Source: Camelus ferus
Lineage: Eukaryota
Assembly: GCF_009834535.1 (NCBI RefSeq)
Contig: NC_045699.1
Coordinates: forward strand, 75,020,001 to 75,084,000
Length of the DNA stretch: 64,000 bases
Direction: 5' to 3'
Part shown: positions 52,111-64,000 of the stretch, one piece after another
How the letters are laid out: each line of letters starts with the position of its first letter
Position numbering within the stretch: the stretch's first letter is position 1
Translations under genes and position numbers: made by a program
The notes under the pieces: generated by a model
Seen by the model: the letters and a program-made list of their open reading frames with translations, nothing else
What the model was told of the DNA's origin: nothing
Database searches by the model: none

Positions 52111-55100
52111 CGTGTCCCGGGGCGTGTCCGGCGGGGCGCGCCGCACGGCAGGGGGCGCTGGTCGCCGGCCTCGCGGGGCGAGGAGCCAGGTGGCCGTTGT
52201 GGGGTACGCGTCTCCGCTGTAGTCCCACCCACTCTCACTCTGGCCACCCGGGAAATTCCAGGCTCTCTGCGCGGACAGAACAGGCCTGGCCCCGGGCCGA
52301 GCACGACCCCGAGGGGACCCAACGGCGGCCTCCCCTGGGTGGGACTTTGCGGGCATCTGAGACCCCGGGGAGGAGGTAGGGGAAGAGTAGAGACCTGGGG
52401 TATCTCTCCGCGATCCCAGAGCACCGGCCCTGGAGCCCCAGCTCCCCGGGCACTCGCGGTGACGAGAGCCCCGCAGCTCGGGCCAGCGGGACCCCTTTCC
52501 ACGAGGGTGGCAGCCTGGCCAGCAGCTCGGGCGTGTGGCCTCAGCCACGCGAGGCCCTCTCTCGCTAAGACGGCGCTCCGGCCGGCGCGGCTCGCCCCGA
52601 GTTTGCGCCCGAACCTGACTGGCATGAGGGGCCAGACCCTGTTTCAGCCCTGCCCTGAGGAAGAAGCTGATCTCTAGACGAGGAGGCCCAAGACTGGGGG
52701 CAGTTTGGCCGGAAGCTCCTCAGTGGGGGGGCAGTCGCGGGGATCTGGGGCCTGCCCCCTCCCCTGGGTCCCCCGTCAGCACTCACGGGACAGGTCAGGT
52801 ATGGCTAGGTGAGCAGCCCCAGGTAAGGCGCCACGCTGCTCTGAAAGGGAGCTCTGACATGACTCATTTCCAAACAGTCAAGGCACTTTTTATTGACACT
52901 CTAACACTGCCGCCAAATTTCCTCATTAGGATTTTACAGTTTATAGCCCCGATGTGGTCTCTGGAAATTAAGGAGGAATGACTCTCAAAGCAGGAGGCCC
53001 GGGGCAGTGGAGCTGCAGCCAGTCTGGAATTCCTTCAAAGGCCGGCTGGGAATTCCCGGGGGTGGGGAGGCAGCTCTGCACCTCAGCTGGGGAGACCACC
53101 CTGCCAGGCCTTGTTTGAGGACCCGCTCCGTGGGTGTCTGCCCCGTGTCCCCCAGGCCTCGAGACCCACGCCTGTGCCGCCACCTTGCTCCGTGACCTGG
53201 AAGGGGTCAGAGCCAAACCATTGGTAAAACTGGGCAAGACCTCAGACCTGATCCTGTCTGACTCCCCTGGGGTCCTTCTGGTGGCCAGGGCTGCCTGAGT
53301 CCCACGCTTTGATCTTCCTGAGGCCGGTGGTCCAGCCACTCTGCTCAGACCTTCCCCAGGAGCTCCCCACTATGCAGGTGGGTAAGCCTGGGGCTGAGCA
53401 GACGGAATCCCCCAGCCCAGGCCCTGTGCTGGGCCTGGCCGTGGGAGTGACCTGGGTGTCTGCTGCTGTTGGGAGCCCCTCTGCCTTGCTTATACCGTGG
53501 GGACATGTCCCTGGGCCTAGTAAGGGGGACTGGGATCAGGGGCTGCTGAACTCTGGCCATCCTGGGGGGGGGGGGCCTGACCATCCCCACCCCCTGGCTT
53601 GCCTCCCCAGCACCAGAGACAAGGCATCCTGGGCTCTGTCCACCCAGGCCCATGTTCACCTCTGGACGAGGACCCTCAGAGTGGGGAGGTGTGACACTGT
53701 GTAGGGCCATGACCCGCTGGGCACACGCCACTCTGCTGCCCCCGCTGCTCTAGAACAGCATGGCGGGGACGGCGCTCGTTCTGAGAGCATGTCCGGGGCC
53801 GGGAGCTCCTTCTGGTCACATCTATGTTTTCTGTGTGCCTGCCGAGGCCCGGCTGTGCCCAGGGCCGTTCCCAGAAGGTGATGGGTTTACAGACCAGCCC
53901 CGGCCCAGGTGGGCCGAGGCCCCCTGGCCTGAGGGAGAGCATCTGGAGACCCTGTGGGCCCCGGAGCAGCGCCTGGAGAAAAGTCCCATTGACACCCGTG
54001 GCCAGCATCAGGGAGGACAGACAAAGGGGCCCTGTGAGCTCAGTGTGGGAACGTGAGGCCGCCACCTCGGGCATGAAGTCCCAGCTCAGTGCCTCCGCCA
54101 GGGACAGTGTGGCCAAAATGGCCATGGAGCCTAGCCTGAGGTTGCTGCCCGCCCTACCCAGGGTTCAGAGTGTGGGTCAGACAGGTGTAGCCCAGCCTGC
54201 CACTTGAGCCCCCCACCCCCACTGCTGATCTGTGGGGCTGGGGTGATGGCCACACTCTATGGGGAACCAGTGGGAGACCCACCACGGCCTGAGGGTGATT
54301 TGCTCAGGGTGACTCTGGTCCACACCCCATGTCCCTGGAGCTGCCCCATCAAGGACAAGACAGGGAGAGGGGCCTGTGGGGCACTGGCTCCCAGCAAGCA
54401 CTTCCTAAATATTTGTTGAAGGACATGTCCAAAAGGAGGACATTTGTTCCAAATGCCTTGCGGGGAAGGGGAGGAGCCCATGAGTGCCAGGCCCTGCCCT
54501 GGGACTCGGAGAAGCCCTTCTGTGTCTGTGGCAGTCCTTGGTGGTGGTGTCACCTCCACAAACAGGCAAGAAGTTCACTGGCTCTGAAAGAGAAGCCTCA
54601 ACCTGGGATCTGAGAGGACAGACCCAACTCTGCCCACAAGGCTAGACCTCTGCCCTGCACCTGGGAGCTGGCACAGGGGTGCCGCCCTGGAAGGGTGGGA
54701 TGGAGTCCGGAGTTGGAGAGGGCTCACTCCTCCCCCTGGGGGTGCTTTTCTGTTCGAGGCTCAGAGCAGTGGGCGGTGGGAGATGTCCTGGGACCTGGGC
54801 TGGGGAGGTCTGGGTGGCGCGGTCAGTAAGGACAGCACGGAAGGGGCGGCTGGCCGGAGCTGGGCTGAGGCCTGTGGCCACCTTAAAGCACTCAGCAGGG
54901 GAGGGAGNNNNNNNNNNNNNNNNNNNNNNNNNNNNNNNNNNNNNNNNNNNNNNNNNNNNNNNNNNNNNNNNNNNNNNNNNNNNNNNNNNNNNNNNNNNNN
55001 NNNNNNNNNNNNNNNNNNNNNNNNNNNNNNNNNNNNNNNNAGATCAAATAACAAACACTCAGCCCCGGGCCAGCGGCGGCCTGAGCAAGGAAGGACGCCC

Positions 55101-57242
55101 GGCAGGAACTGCAGCAGACAATCGCTGTGGCGGCTCCTGCCTGCCCGGCTGGCTGCTCAGGGCACGGCCTGGCACCGGGGCCACAGCCCTCCCTGTCGGC
55201 CTCGTGTCTGACCCCTAGCCCAGGAAGGGGCCTAAGGCAGGCATGGGGCGAGAAGGCGCTTCCCCGTAGCTCAGGACCCAGGGTGGGGGCTGGGGCCAGG
55301 GGTGCGGTGCCACAGAGACAGGGTGGGCTGGCAGTGAGCCTGTGAGCCCTGGAGGGACACAGCCAGTCTGGGCAGCAGAGGGGTGGGGAGGCGGGAAGGC
55401 AGGCTGGACGGTATAGCCGTGGCGTAAGGACCACACCTAGAGCGGGTCCCAGTCAGCTGTCCTCCTCTCTCTAGAGGGTCACGCAGGGCTGAAGAGCAGA
55501 GCAGGGCTGGGGCCAGACCTGCCTGGAGGGACCAGAAGGACACACAGTCCCGTCCCACGTCTCCCTGAGCCTGTGGTCCTGGCCTGTCTGTCTGTCGAAG
55601 GCCAGCCACAGCCCAGGGGCCTCGGGTCAGAGCAGTCTCAAGGCTGCAGCTGGGGCTGGCACCGCCAGCCCCTTCCTCTTAAACTTACGGTGGAAGGAGT
55701 GTGGTCGGGCTGCCTCCCCAGGACAGGATGTGGGGCCGGAGGTCCTGCTCCTGGAGGCAGCACCTCAGCCGCAAAAGGATCCCCGCTCCGTCGGCTGGGA
55801 TCTGGCTTTCCCACTCACCTTAGCACCCTTGCCTGCCCCTTGGGCTCAGCAGTGACCTCAGGGTGGCGGAAGGCCAGGGTGGCAGAGCTGGCCCCTCCCC
55901 CGTGCCTTCTCCCCTGAGCTGGCCCTCCAAGCCTCCGCGCCTCCTCTCTCCATCTGTGGAGCGACGCCCTGGTCCAGCTGGCTCTGGGGCTGCTGGGAGC
56001 TGAGTGAGTCCACACCTGGCACACAGCAGGGGCCCTGAAGGACAGGAGCCCACCCGCATGCTCTTCAGGCCTGACCCCTCACTGGGGCGGCACCCCTGGG
56101 GGGCTCAGAGGCAATGGTGTCATCCTTGGTGGGGTCAGGAACACAGGGATGGGGCAGAGGCTGGCACGGCACTGCCTGTCTCCCCTGGGCCAGCCAATAC
56201 ACCCCGCCCTGGGGAGAGGTGGCACCCCCGCCCCGCCACTGGCCCCTAGGCCCCCGCCACCCCATGGCTTCCGCCTGGTTCCTCGGCAGAATCTGAGCTG
56301 GTTTCCGCTCCAGGCGGGAACAGGAAAGGGATGTGAGCCAGGGTGGGTGCGCACTCCTGGGGGAGAGCCAGGAGGAGGCCAGTGAGGGCAAGACGTGGTC
56401 TGGGCTCAGGTCCCCTGCTGGCAGGAGCCCCCCTCTGGGCACCTGCCCCGCGCTCCACCTGGCGCCAGCCCGTGGGCCCTCTGCAAGTCAGCAGTGGGTT
56501 TGAGCCTGGGTCTCCCCCTGGGTGGGAGATGCGGTGCACAAGTGTCCAAGGCTCTCCCACATGGCTGTGATCGCTGGTTTCTGTCACAAGAGGAGACCAC
56601 GCAGCCCTGGCTCGGGGGCAAGGGGAAGATTGGTCACGCCCTGGCCAGCAAAGGGGCCAGGGCAGCGGACTAGGGGTTGCAGGCCTCCCCTCAGACTGTC
56701 CTCCTCCCGCACCCAGCCAGGCTGGGGCCTGTTCCTCAGGAAGGGCCCCAGAATCCGCCATCCGCGCTCCCTGCAGTTGGAGTCCCAGGAGGCCCCCAGG
56801 GCCAGCCTGGCTGGGGCCCCAGGACCTGCCGTCCTTCCTGGCCTGGAGGTCTGGCCCGTGTCTTTAGAAGGCTGGGGGGTGTGGTGTGGTGGAGAAGGGC
56901 AGCACGCACCGCCACAGAAAAGTGGGTGGACCACCCAGCCTGAGGGGGCCTGTCTACCCCTACCCCACCCTACCGGCCCGCTGAGCTCCAGCAGACTTGG
57001 GGAGACACCTCAGGCCAGCCCTCGGGCCTCTGTCCAGGCCGTTTCCTCCTGCAGGCACGCCCTTCCCACCTCTCGGCTGCCTCATGGCCGAGCACCAGGC
57101 AGTTCCTGGCTCAGGGTCCGAGCGTCCTGACCTCAGAACGTTGTGTTCGCGGACAGCTGTGAGGGGCTGACAGTGCTCAGGTGTGTGCAGTGAGCGGTGG
57201 ACGGAGGACGGCCACAGCTACAGCCTGCGCAGCTGTTCCGCT

Positions 57243-57248
57243 TTTATT
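57243..57248 (-). terminator. EXD3 poly(A) signal AATAAA (minus strand)
   Basis: TTTATT 57 nt after the stop codon. Confidence 0.8.
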
Positions 57249-57304
57249 GTCGCCGCGGCCCAGGGTGGTGCCGGCCCTGGGTCCTGGGGTCCAGTCCTCA
57301 GCCC

Positions 57305-59664
57305 TCAGTCGGAGCTGCCAGCTGGGCCGGGAGCTTGGCCTGGCTCGCGGGAGCCGGGGGCACCTTCCAGGACCTCTTGGAAGTGCGCGGCGACTCGGCC
57401 CAGGTGGGAGCCCTCCCAGAAGACTTTGCCGCAGCCGGTGCAGCAGTAGAAGTGCCGCAGCGCCCGCCGCTGCAGCACGCCCGCCGGCACCCCCGCCAAC
57501 TGCAGCCGCGTGCCGTTGCCCAGCGTGGCTGGGGCGCGGCTCCGCAGGTCCGCCTCCTCCAGCCAGCGGCACGGCGGGTCGTAGGTGCCGCACCCAGGGG
57601 CCTCCTCTGGGGCTGAGCCTGGACCGGTGGAAGCAGGCGCCCTGAGTCCCTACCCTACTCTCCAGGGTCTCCTCCCTGAGTTTCCCTGACCACTCAGCCC
57701 CCTGCCTCGTCCTGCCCAGGGGCCTCTGGTTCACCGGTTACTGACTCCTCTCTCTTCTAAGCCTTCCCTGGCACTGCCTCCCACCATCCCACCTAGGGCC
57801 CAGGGACCAACCCCTCAGCGTGGTCCCCTCCGTCCCATCTTGCATTGGGCCAGGTGCCAGGGCCCCGTGTGTCCTTGGTGGGTGGTCCCAGGGCTCACCT
57901 GTCTCCCGTTCATCCTCATTTTGGGTGGTCTTGTCGCCTGTCAATCAAGGACGTCAGGGTCTGTCCTAAGGATCGGCTGGCAGCCCCAGCGCCCACAGGG
58001 TAACTTGAAGTATCCAGCCTCTCCCACACCCCCAGCAGAGAGGGCAAAGGGCAGGGGGCCAAGAAGCTTTGGTGCCAGTCCAGTCCGCTCCCATGGGAAC
58101 TCACACCTTGGGACATTCTTGGGGCTCAAAGGTCCTTGGGAAACATGTTCTGGGCACAAGATCTGCCGATGAGGGCACTTGGGGGCCTGAAAACTAGCAG
58201 GCAGGGCAAGGCGTGGGCGGCCCATCCGTGGCGATGAGCAGATAAGCCCACTGCCAAGGAGCCTGTTTTGCAACCACCAGCAGCCGGGCTGTCAGGCAGG
58301 GGTCCAAGGAACCCACTGGAGCTCAAGGTGCCAGGAGTGACCCCAGGAGGCAGCCTCCTTCTAACTGCGTTTGAGTCCCACCCCACTGAGGGCCCAGAGT
58401 GACGGCCAGGGAGATGGCCCAAGGGGCCAGTGGGGGGCTGAGGCAGCGCGGCCAGCAGGTGGGAGAGGTGACCCCAGACCCCCTGACCCTTGTAATTTGC
58501 TTGGTAAACATTTCTCCGCAGATGGCTCCGAATTACGCAGCCAGGGTCTGAATGGATGAGGCCCCCCCCTAGCCTGGTTGCCTCCTTGGAGCCCAGTGAG
58601 GCCGTAACCTCCATCTGGCCTCCTGGCCTCACCCCAACATGTCTGGCCCTGGCTTTTACCTGGCGGCCCCCAAGACAGCTCGCCAGGGTGCTGCCCAGCA
58701 CAAGTGTGGGCCCCTGGGTGGGCTGCTGGGGGCTCGGGGCTGGAGCCTGGCGGCTCTGCCCCTCCCCTCCCAGGCCTCAAGCATGTTACGAGCACGTTGT
58801 GGAGAGCTGAGAGATGCCCAGGGCTAGACACTGACCGTTATGGCAGGTCACTCACGGCGTGGGTGGCCCCTGCTCTGGCCCCAAACCTCAGAAAGAGAGG
58901 GGGGAAGGACCGAAGCAGCCCAGTGGGATGGCAGCATCCTGGAGAGACACCAGCTGTGCAGAGGGACATGAAGATGCCCTGGCCTCGGACTGCCCCAAGG
59001 TCCCCTTCCACCCACCCCATCCTGCCTCCACTGAGGGAAACTGAGGCTGGGTTGCTGAATAGGACCTGCCTTGGTGAGGGCGGACACCTGGGCTGGCCCT
59101 TCCTTCCTATTTGCCCAGGCTCATCTGTGTTCAGATCACTTGGCAAGGGCCAGTGGTGCCCGGGCACACACGTATGTGCTCTGCGTGTGCATGTGCATAC
59201 ACGTGGGCTCGGGCACGCATGTGTCTTTACGGGCAAGGTATGCATGGACAAGTGTGTGCATGTGCACTCCCTGTGTGGGGCAGGGTGACTGGTGTCTAAG
59301 CAGGGTCCACTGGCGAGAAAGCGGTGGACACTATCCCAGACGGGTTCTGAGTGCCTGAGCTTCCTGGTCCCCTGGGCCAGTGGCCTGTGCACCGAACGGA
59401 GAGGAGCAGAGGCCACGGGCCCCGATCCTGGCTGTGAACCCTGTCTTTCCACCACTGCCCCCAGCTGGCACCTCCCTGTCCATCCCTGTAGGTTAGCCCT
59501 GGGAGCACCTAGCAGCTGGGCCACTGTCCATAGACCCCACGAAGCTCACACCTGAGTGAGGCACACTCACCTGTACTGCTGGGGCCTTCTGGGTGGCTGC
59601 CAAGCCACACAAGCTGCTTCATCATGTCCTTGGAGACTTTCAGGTACTGGTCACAGTTACAGGC
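57305..59664 (-). CDS. EXD3: Exonuclease mut-7 homolog, last three coding exons 59571-59664, 57899-57937, 57305-57618 (upstream exons lie beyond the window)
   Basis: Spliced peptide ACNCDQYLKVSKDMMKQLVWLGSHPEGPSST-GDKTTQNEDERET-GSAPEEAPGCGTYDPPCRWL...RLQLAGVPAGV...FYCCTGCGKVFWEGSHLGRV...*, the Mut7-C zinc ribbon; GT-AG and phases consistent. Confidence 0.93.
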
Positions 59665-62600
59665 CTAGGGACAGAGAAGGTGCTGAGGCTGGGAGAGGCT
59701 CTCTCTTTCCCTCCACCCCCCAGCCCTGTACTACTTCCAGCTCTGGGTCTGCCCAAGGGGTTTCACAGAGGCAAATGACAGCCCTTCCTCTCCTTGCAGT
59801 ACCATGGGGCACACCACCTCCTGGGAGCCCTCCCTGACTGCACTGGCTCCTAGTGGGCCCTGGGTGGCCTCTTCCAGCTCCTAAGACCCTGCAGGAATCT
59901 GCCATCACCCAGGCTGTCCTCTCGAACCCCAGAGCCAGGCCTGGGCTCCCTGGACAGCTCAACGCAGTGGGGGATGCAGGGCCCAGCATCACAGGGTTAG
60001 GGTGGGCAGCCCTACAGCTGCTCCGACTCCTCAGCCAGGGGCAAGCCAGGCGATTTCAGTGTCCACGTTTCTCAGTGATGCCTGGTATCTGCCCTACCTC
60101 AGGAGCTGGCACTGTCTGGCCCCTGCTGGGCACCAGCTGTGTCAGGGGTTAGAAGTAAAGCCACCTTTGCTTCTGGGCAGGGTCCTCGTCTAGGACAGGC
60201 AATGAGCCCCTGCAGGGAGCTCAGCTCAGCCCCACTGACCTGACTGTCCCTGGGTGCTGGGCTTGTGGGGCCACCGCAGGGCTGCTCCCTGATGTCACTG
60301 CCTGGCAGGGTGATGGGTCTGGACCCAGGATTCCCAGGGCGAGGCAGGGAGGGCTTGTCAGGAGAGTGGGAGGGACTAGGCTCCCAGGCAGGTACACGCA
60401 GGTACCCATGGAGACAAACACCCTGCTGTGGGAGGTGGTGAGCTGGTCCACACAGAGGAGGGGCCACGATCTATGCTCATGTGATCGCCCTGGCCCCCTC
60501 CTCACCTGGGGGCTCTGGGCTGGGTCATAGGCAGTGGCCCCAGGCCCCTGGAGCCACAGGGGCTCCTGTCCTGCCCCCACATGCCCTCGTCCCATGGAAG
60601 CTTGCTTTATCTGTGGCCTTACTGCTCTGCCGCCAGCATCACAGCCCATGGGGCATGGGTGAGGAGGGCAGGGCCCCTCTGTTGGGAGGCTGGGGGACGA
60701 GGCTGATTCTCAGGCAGGACCCTCCCTAGGGTCTCTCTGGGGAGCCGCCCCTCCCCCAGCCAGACTCTGGGCTGGCCTCTGGCACAGGGAGACCGCTGTG
60801 GGCCCTGCCATCCTGATCACAGGTCCAGGGGGCTCCTGGGGCAGGAGTGTGGGCAGAGCCCTGGCCGCAGGTCAGGCCGTGGTCACTCCAGGTCCAGCTA
60901 GGGAAGAGCTTAAAACAGACAGGCAGTTTAGCCTCTGGCCACTGCCCTCAGCCAAGTGCCTCAGAGGCCCGTGCTCCCCTGTCCAGAGGGGACAGCACCA
61001 GCAGGTGTAGGAGAGACGGCTAGGGTAGCGAGGAAGAGGGTGGGGTGGGGTCCTGTGCAAGGGGTCTGCAAGCCTTCCAGGACTGGCGGTAAGCGCGCCT
61101 GGGCGGGGCCTCCAGCTCATGCTGAGTCACCACACGCTGTCCGCAAAGGCCTGGCCCCACCCTCGGGAACCACCGGTGCTCGTTTTCCCACGGCTGCTGC
61201 CCACTGTTGGGCCTTGCTGTCACCCCAGTAGGGCCCTGGGAGGCCCTGCCCCCACCCCCACTCCTGGCTGGAAAAGCCGGTTCCGGGCCACCCGCCCGCC
61301 CTCTGCCTGTGGCCCCCGTCTGTAGGAGGGCTCGGCACCCAGGGCCTCCCTGTCCAGCAACCCTTGCCCGACTACCTGCTGCGGGGTGGACAACGGCCAC
61401 CCTTCCAGGGTGGCTGCGGCCCTGGCCTCGTGGGGCTCACGGAGAGAACAAGCCTCCTCTGGGCTCACTGCCCACCCACCGGAGGGCCCTCCCCGACCCA
61501 GCAGGATGGAGCCTGTGCGCCTCCAGCATGGAGAAGGGGCTTCCAAGAAGCTGAGCACCTTGCTCACAGTCGCACTCTAGGCTGGCCACGACCCCAAGCC
61601 AGGGCTCCCACCCTTCCTGCCTCCAGCTAAGGGGGTGTGGGCAGGTGGTGTCAGCCCTGCCCACTCGCTGCAGGGGATGTGCAGACCCCTGTCCTCGATG
61701 CCAGCTCATCTGGGCAGAGACCAGCAGAGGGCCGTGGGTGCCCTGGACAGGCTGGACGGTGCGGCCTGGTAGGTGCCGCCCAGTCTCTGCACCCCCATCT
61801 AGCCTGGAAGCCTGAGGGGAGGGCGGGCCTCCACCCCAAGAGCCTGGCAGGGTGGGAGGGGCCAGGTAGGTTGGGGGAGGAGGAGCTGGGAAGGTTCCTG
61901 GCTTCCCTGTCCCAGGGGTCCGCCTGCCTGCCTGGTTCCCACGGCTTCCGAGGCTGCTTGGAGCCAACACCCACCGTGCCGCCCGGACTCAGGGCATGAC
62001 TGGGGACTGCCTGGGGCAGGGGCACGAGCCCAAGACGAGAGGCTGCATCCCAGGACTGGGTGGCTGGCAAGGAGTGGCCCAGGGGGCTGATGGTGGCCAT
62101 TGACCCAAAGCCAGGCAGGCCAGACCTGGTGGTCCCTCCTCTGCAGCCCCTCCTCCCTCCAGGCCCAAGGAAGACGGGAAAGGGCTGCTGTGGCCACTTC
62201 CCTGGCAGGTGCACCCAGCCCCTGCCTGGGCTTCGTGGTGTGTGAGGAGTGGCCAGGACAGGCACCTGGGACACTTGTCCTTTCCTCTGAGGCTGAGACT
62301 TGGCGGGGCGCGGCGGGAGGGCCGTGAGGGGTCCCTTCCCAGGTGCTAGGAGCCACGCTCATGAGCTGGCCTGCTCTCAGCTCCCAGTCCAGGAATCCCA
62401 GTCACACCCGCCCAGGGGAGTGACTGCAGCCAGGAGTCAGAGCTGAGCGAGAAGCAGGGTCACGGCGTCTGCCCTGAACCGCTGTCCCCAGACACATCTG
62501 TGCTCCCGCCTGTCCTGGATGCGCACTCGCTGCAGCCCATGGTTTGGGGTGTCTGCTGTGCCGACAGAGGACAGCTGGTGCACAGTGAGGAGACGGCTGT

Positions 62601-64000
62601 GACAGGCAGGACCTGGCCAGGGTCAGGAACGTGGTGGGACACTCTCACCCAGGGCCCACTGGCCCTCCCAAGGCTGAGCGCTGCAGAGTGCCACCTGGCT
62701 CAGGACTGTTGGCTGCCTACAAACAGCTTGGGGCCCCCAACAGCCCTGGGCCTCACCGAGTAGGGGTCTGCGGGAGAGGGGAGAGTGGAAGGTGAGCCAC
62801 ACCGGTTCCACTAGGGCACCAGGCGTGAGAGAGAAGCAGTGCTCCCAAGGGGGCAGGGCAGCCGGAAGTGGCCTTTCCAGGCCGGGAGCCTAGTGAGGGG
62901 CCCACTCCCGAGGAAGACGGGGCTCCCTGCCCAGCCCGCAGACAGGCCGGTAACCAGCCGCCTCCTCCAAACCCCTCTCTCCCGGCCCAGCAGGAACCAG
63001 GCCCAGGGCGGGCGACGTGAAGCTCGGTCCATCTGGTGCCCAGCGCCTGGGAGACCTGTTCTGGGATTTCTGACCCCACAGGCGGGGAGGACGGGGGCTT
63101 GGGCTGAGAAGCTATGGCACATTCTAGAATAATGGACCATTTCGTTCTCACTTAGAGCAAGTTTACAGCAACGCATATAAAGGCAGAAAAAAATAAATAA
63201 ACATCGCTCCCTTACACCACTAGGCGACAAAAGCCAGCATGGGGTCAAGGGTTTCCGGCACCTTCCCCACACACCACACGTGGCGAGGGCCTCCAAACCC
63301 TGATCCTCGTGTCAGAGGAGCGGGGACACAGTGGACCTCAGCTTCAGGACCTCGGCGTCACTGTTCCCAGGACACTTGCCCATTTGGTCCCCACCAAGCA
63401 CCACCCCGCACTGTCCTCACTTGTGGTCCTGAGACTGGTGGGTCCAGGAGGCCTCCTCCAGCAGGCGTGTGTGACCCCCTAAGAGCTTGCCCAACAAATG
63501 GTGCCGGGTGCAGGGACAAAGGGCTAGTATGAAAGGCCCCTGGCCTGAGGAGCTGGCCTGACACCTCGCTGGATGGGGCAGGATGGCCTGGAGGAAGCAA
63601 TTAGGCACTGCCCTGGGTCTGCTCCACACCTCACTCTCCCACGCTGTCCCACAGCACTTTGAGGGGCCCTGAGCCATCTGCCCCCAGAGTGCCAGGGCAG
63701 GGCCACAAATCTCCAAGACAAGCTGGCCTGGCCCACAAAAGCCCTGTTGGCCCCAGTACTGCAGCACCCCCTTCACAGCTGGCCCATGGGGGCGATGGTG
63801 GGCACTTGTGGGGTGCACCACCTAGTCCGACGGCCAGGCCCCAGGACCTCAGGGAGGTGTGTGGTTAGGGTGATGCCTGCACGGGAAGGCTTTAAAACCC
63901 CAGATCATGCTCCTCTGCCCCCAGGAGACAGGTTTTCGGCTCCAGCCAGTGGCTTCTGCCCTCACTACCCAACACCTAGGAGGGTGGCCCTGCAGGGACC

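Noticed and set aside
50850-52625. 591-aa minus-strand ORF and other long ORFs spanning N runs (8292-9597, 50872-52072, 54679-55434)
   Set aside because: Length comes from X-translated gaps and GC-rich, stop-poor CpG-island DNA; low-complexity R/P/G/A composition with no recognisable domain.
59296-59384. Good minus-strand acceptor in an EXD3 intron suggesting an extra exon
   Set aside because: No matching donor and the frame runs into a stop; the real 39-nt exon is at 57899-57937.

Overview
Mammalian genomic window, probably a camelid (inferred from 7-8 copies of a tRNA-derived Vic-1-like SINE), with the gene order of human 9q34.3. It contains the last codons of TUBB4B (+); complete FAM166A/CIMIP2A (-, 7 exons, 320 aa); STPG3 (+, 6 exons, 298 aa); NELFB (+, 13 exons, AUG hidden in an N gap); TOR4A (+, one coding exon, 416 aa); an AT-rich, transposon-dense block at ~26.7-42.9 kb (L1, MaLR/ERVL and ERV1-type solo LTRs, SINEs, one unidentified ~1.3 kb insert); an orphan CpG island; NRARP (-, CDS almost entirely inside an N gap); and the last three coding exons of EXD3 (-). 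Exon boundaries were read by hand from GT/AG signals and phase continuity. Gene names rest on my recollection of the human orthologue proteins, not on database searches. I found no new protein-coding system. The best candidates for undescribed biology are cis-elements: a Sox-Oct composite fused to the NRARP TATA box, a perfect 9-bp YRY-triloop hairpin in the NRARP 3'UTR, a solo LTR with a phased CCAAT array, an apparent CUG-to-CAG change at the NELFB non-AUG start, and the TUBB4B/FAM166A tail-to-tail overlap.
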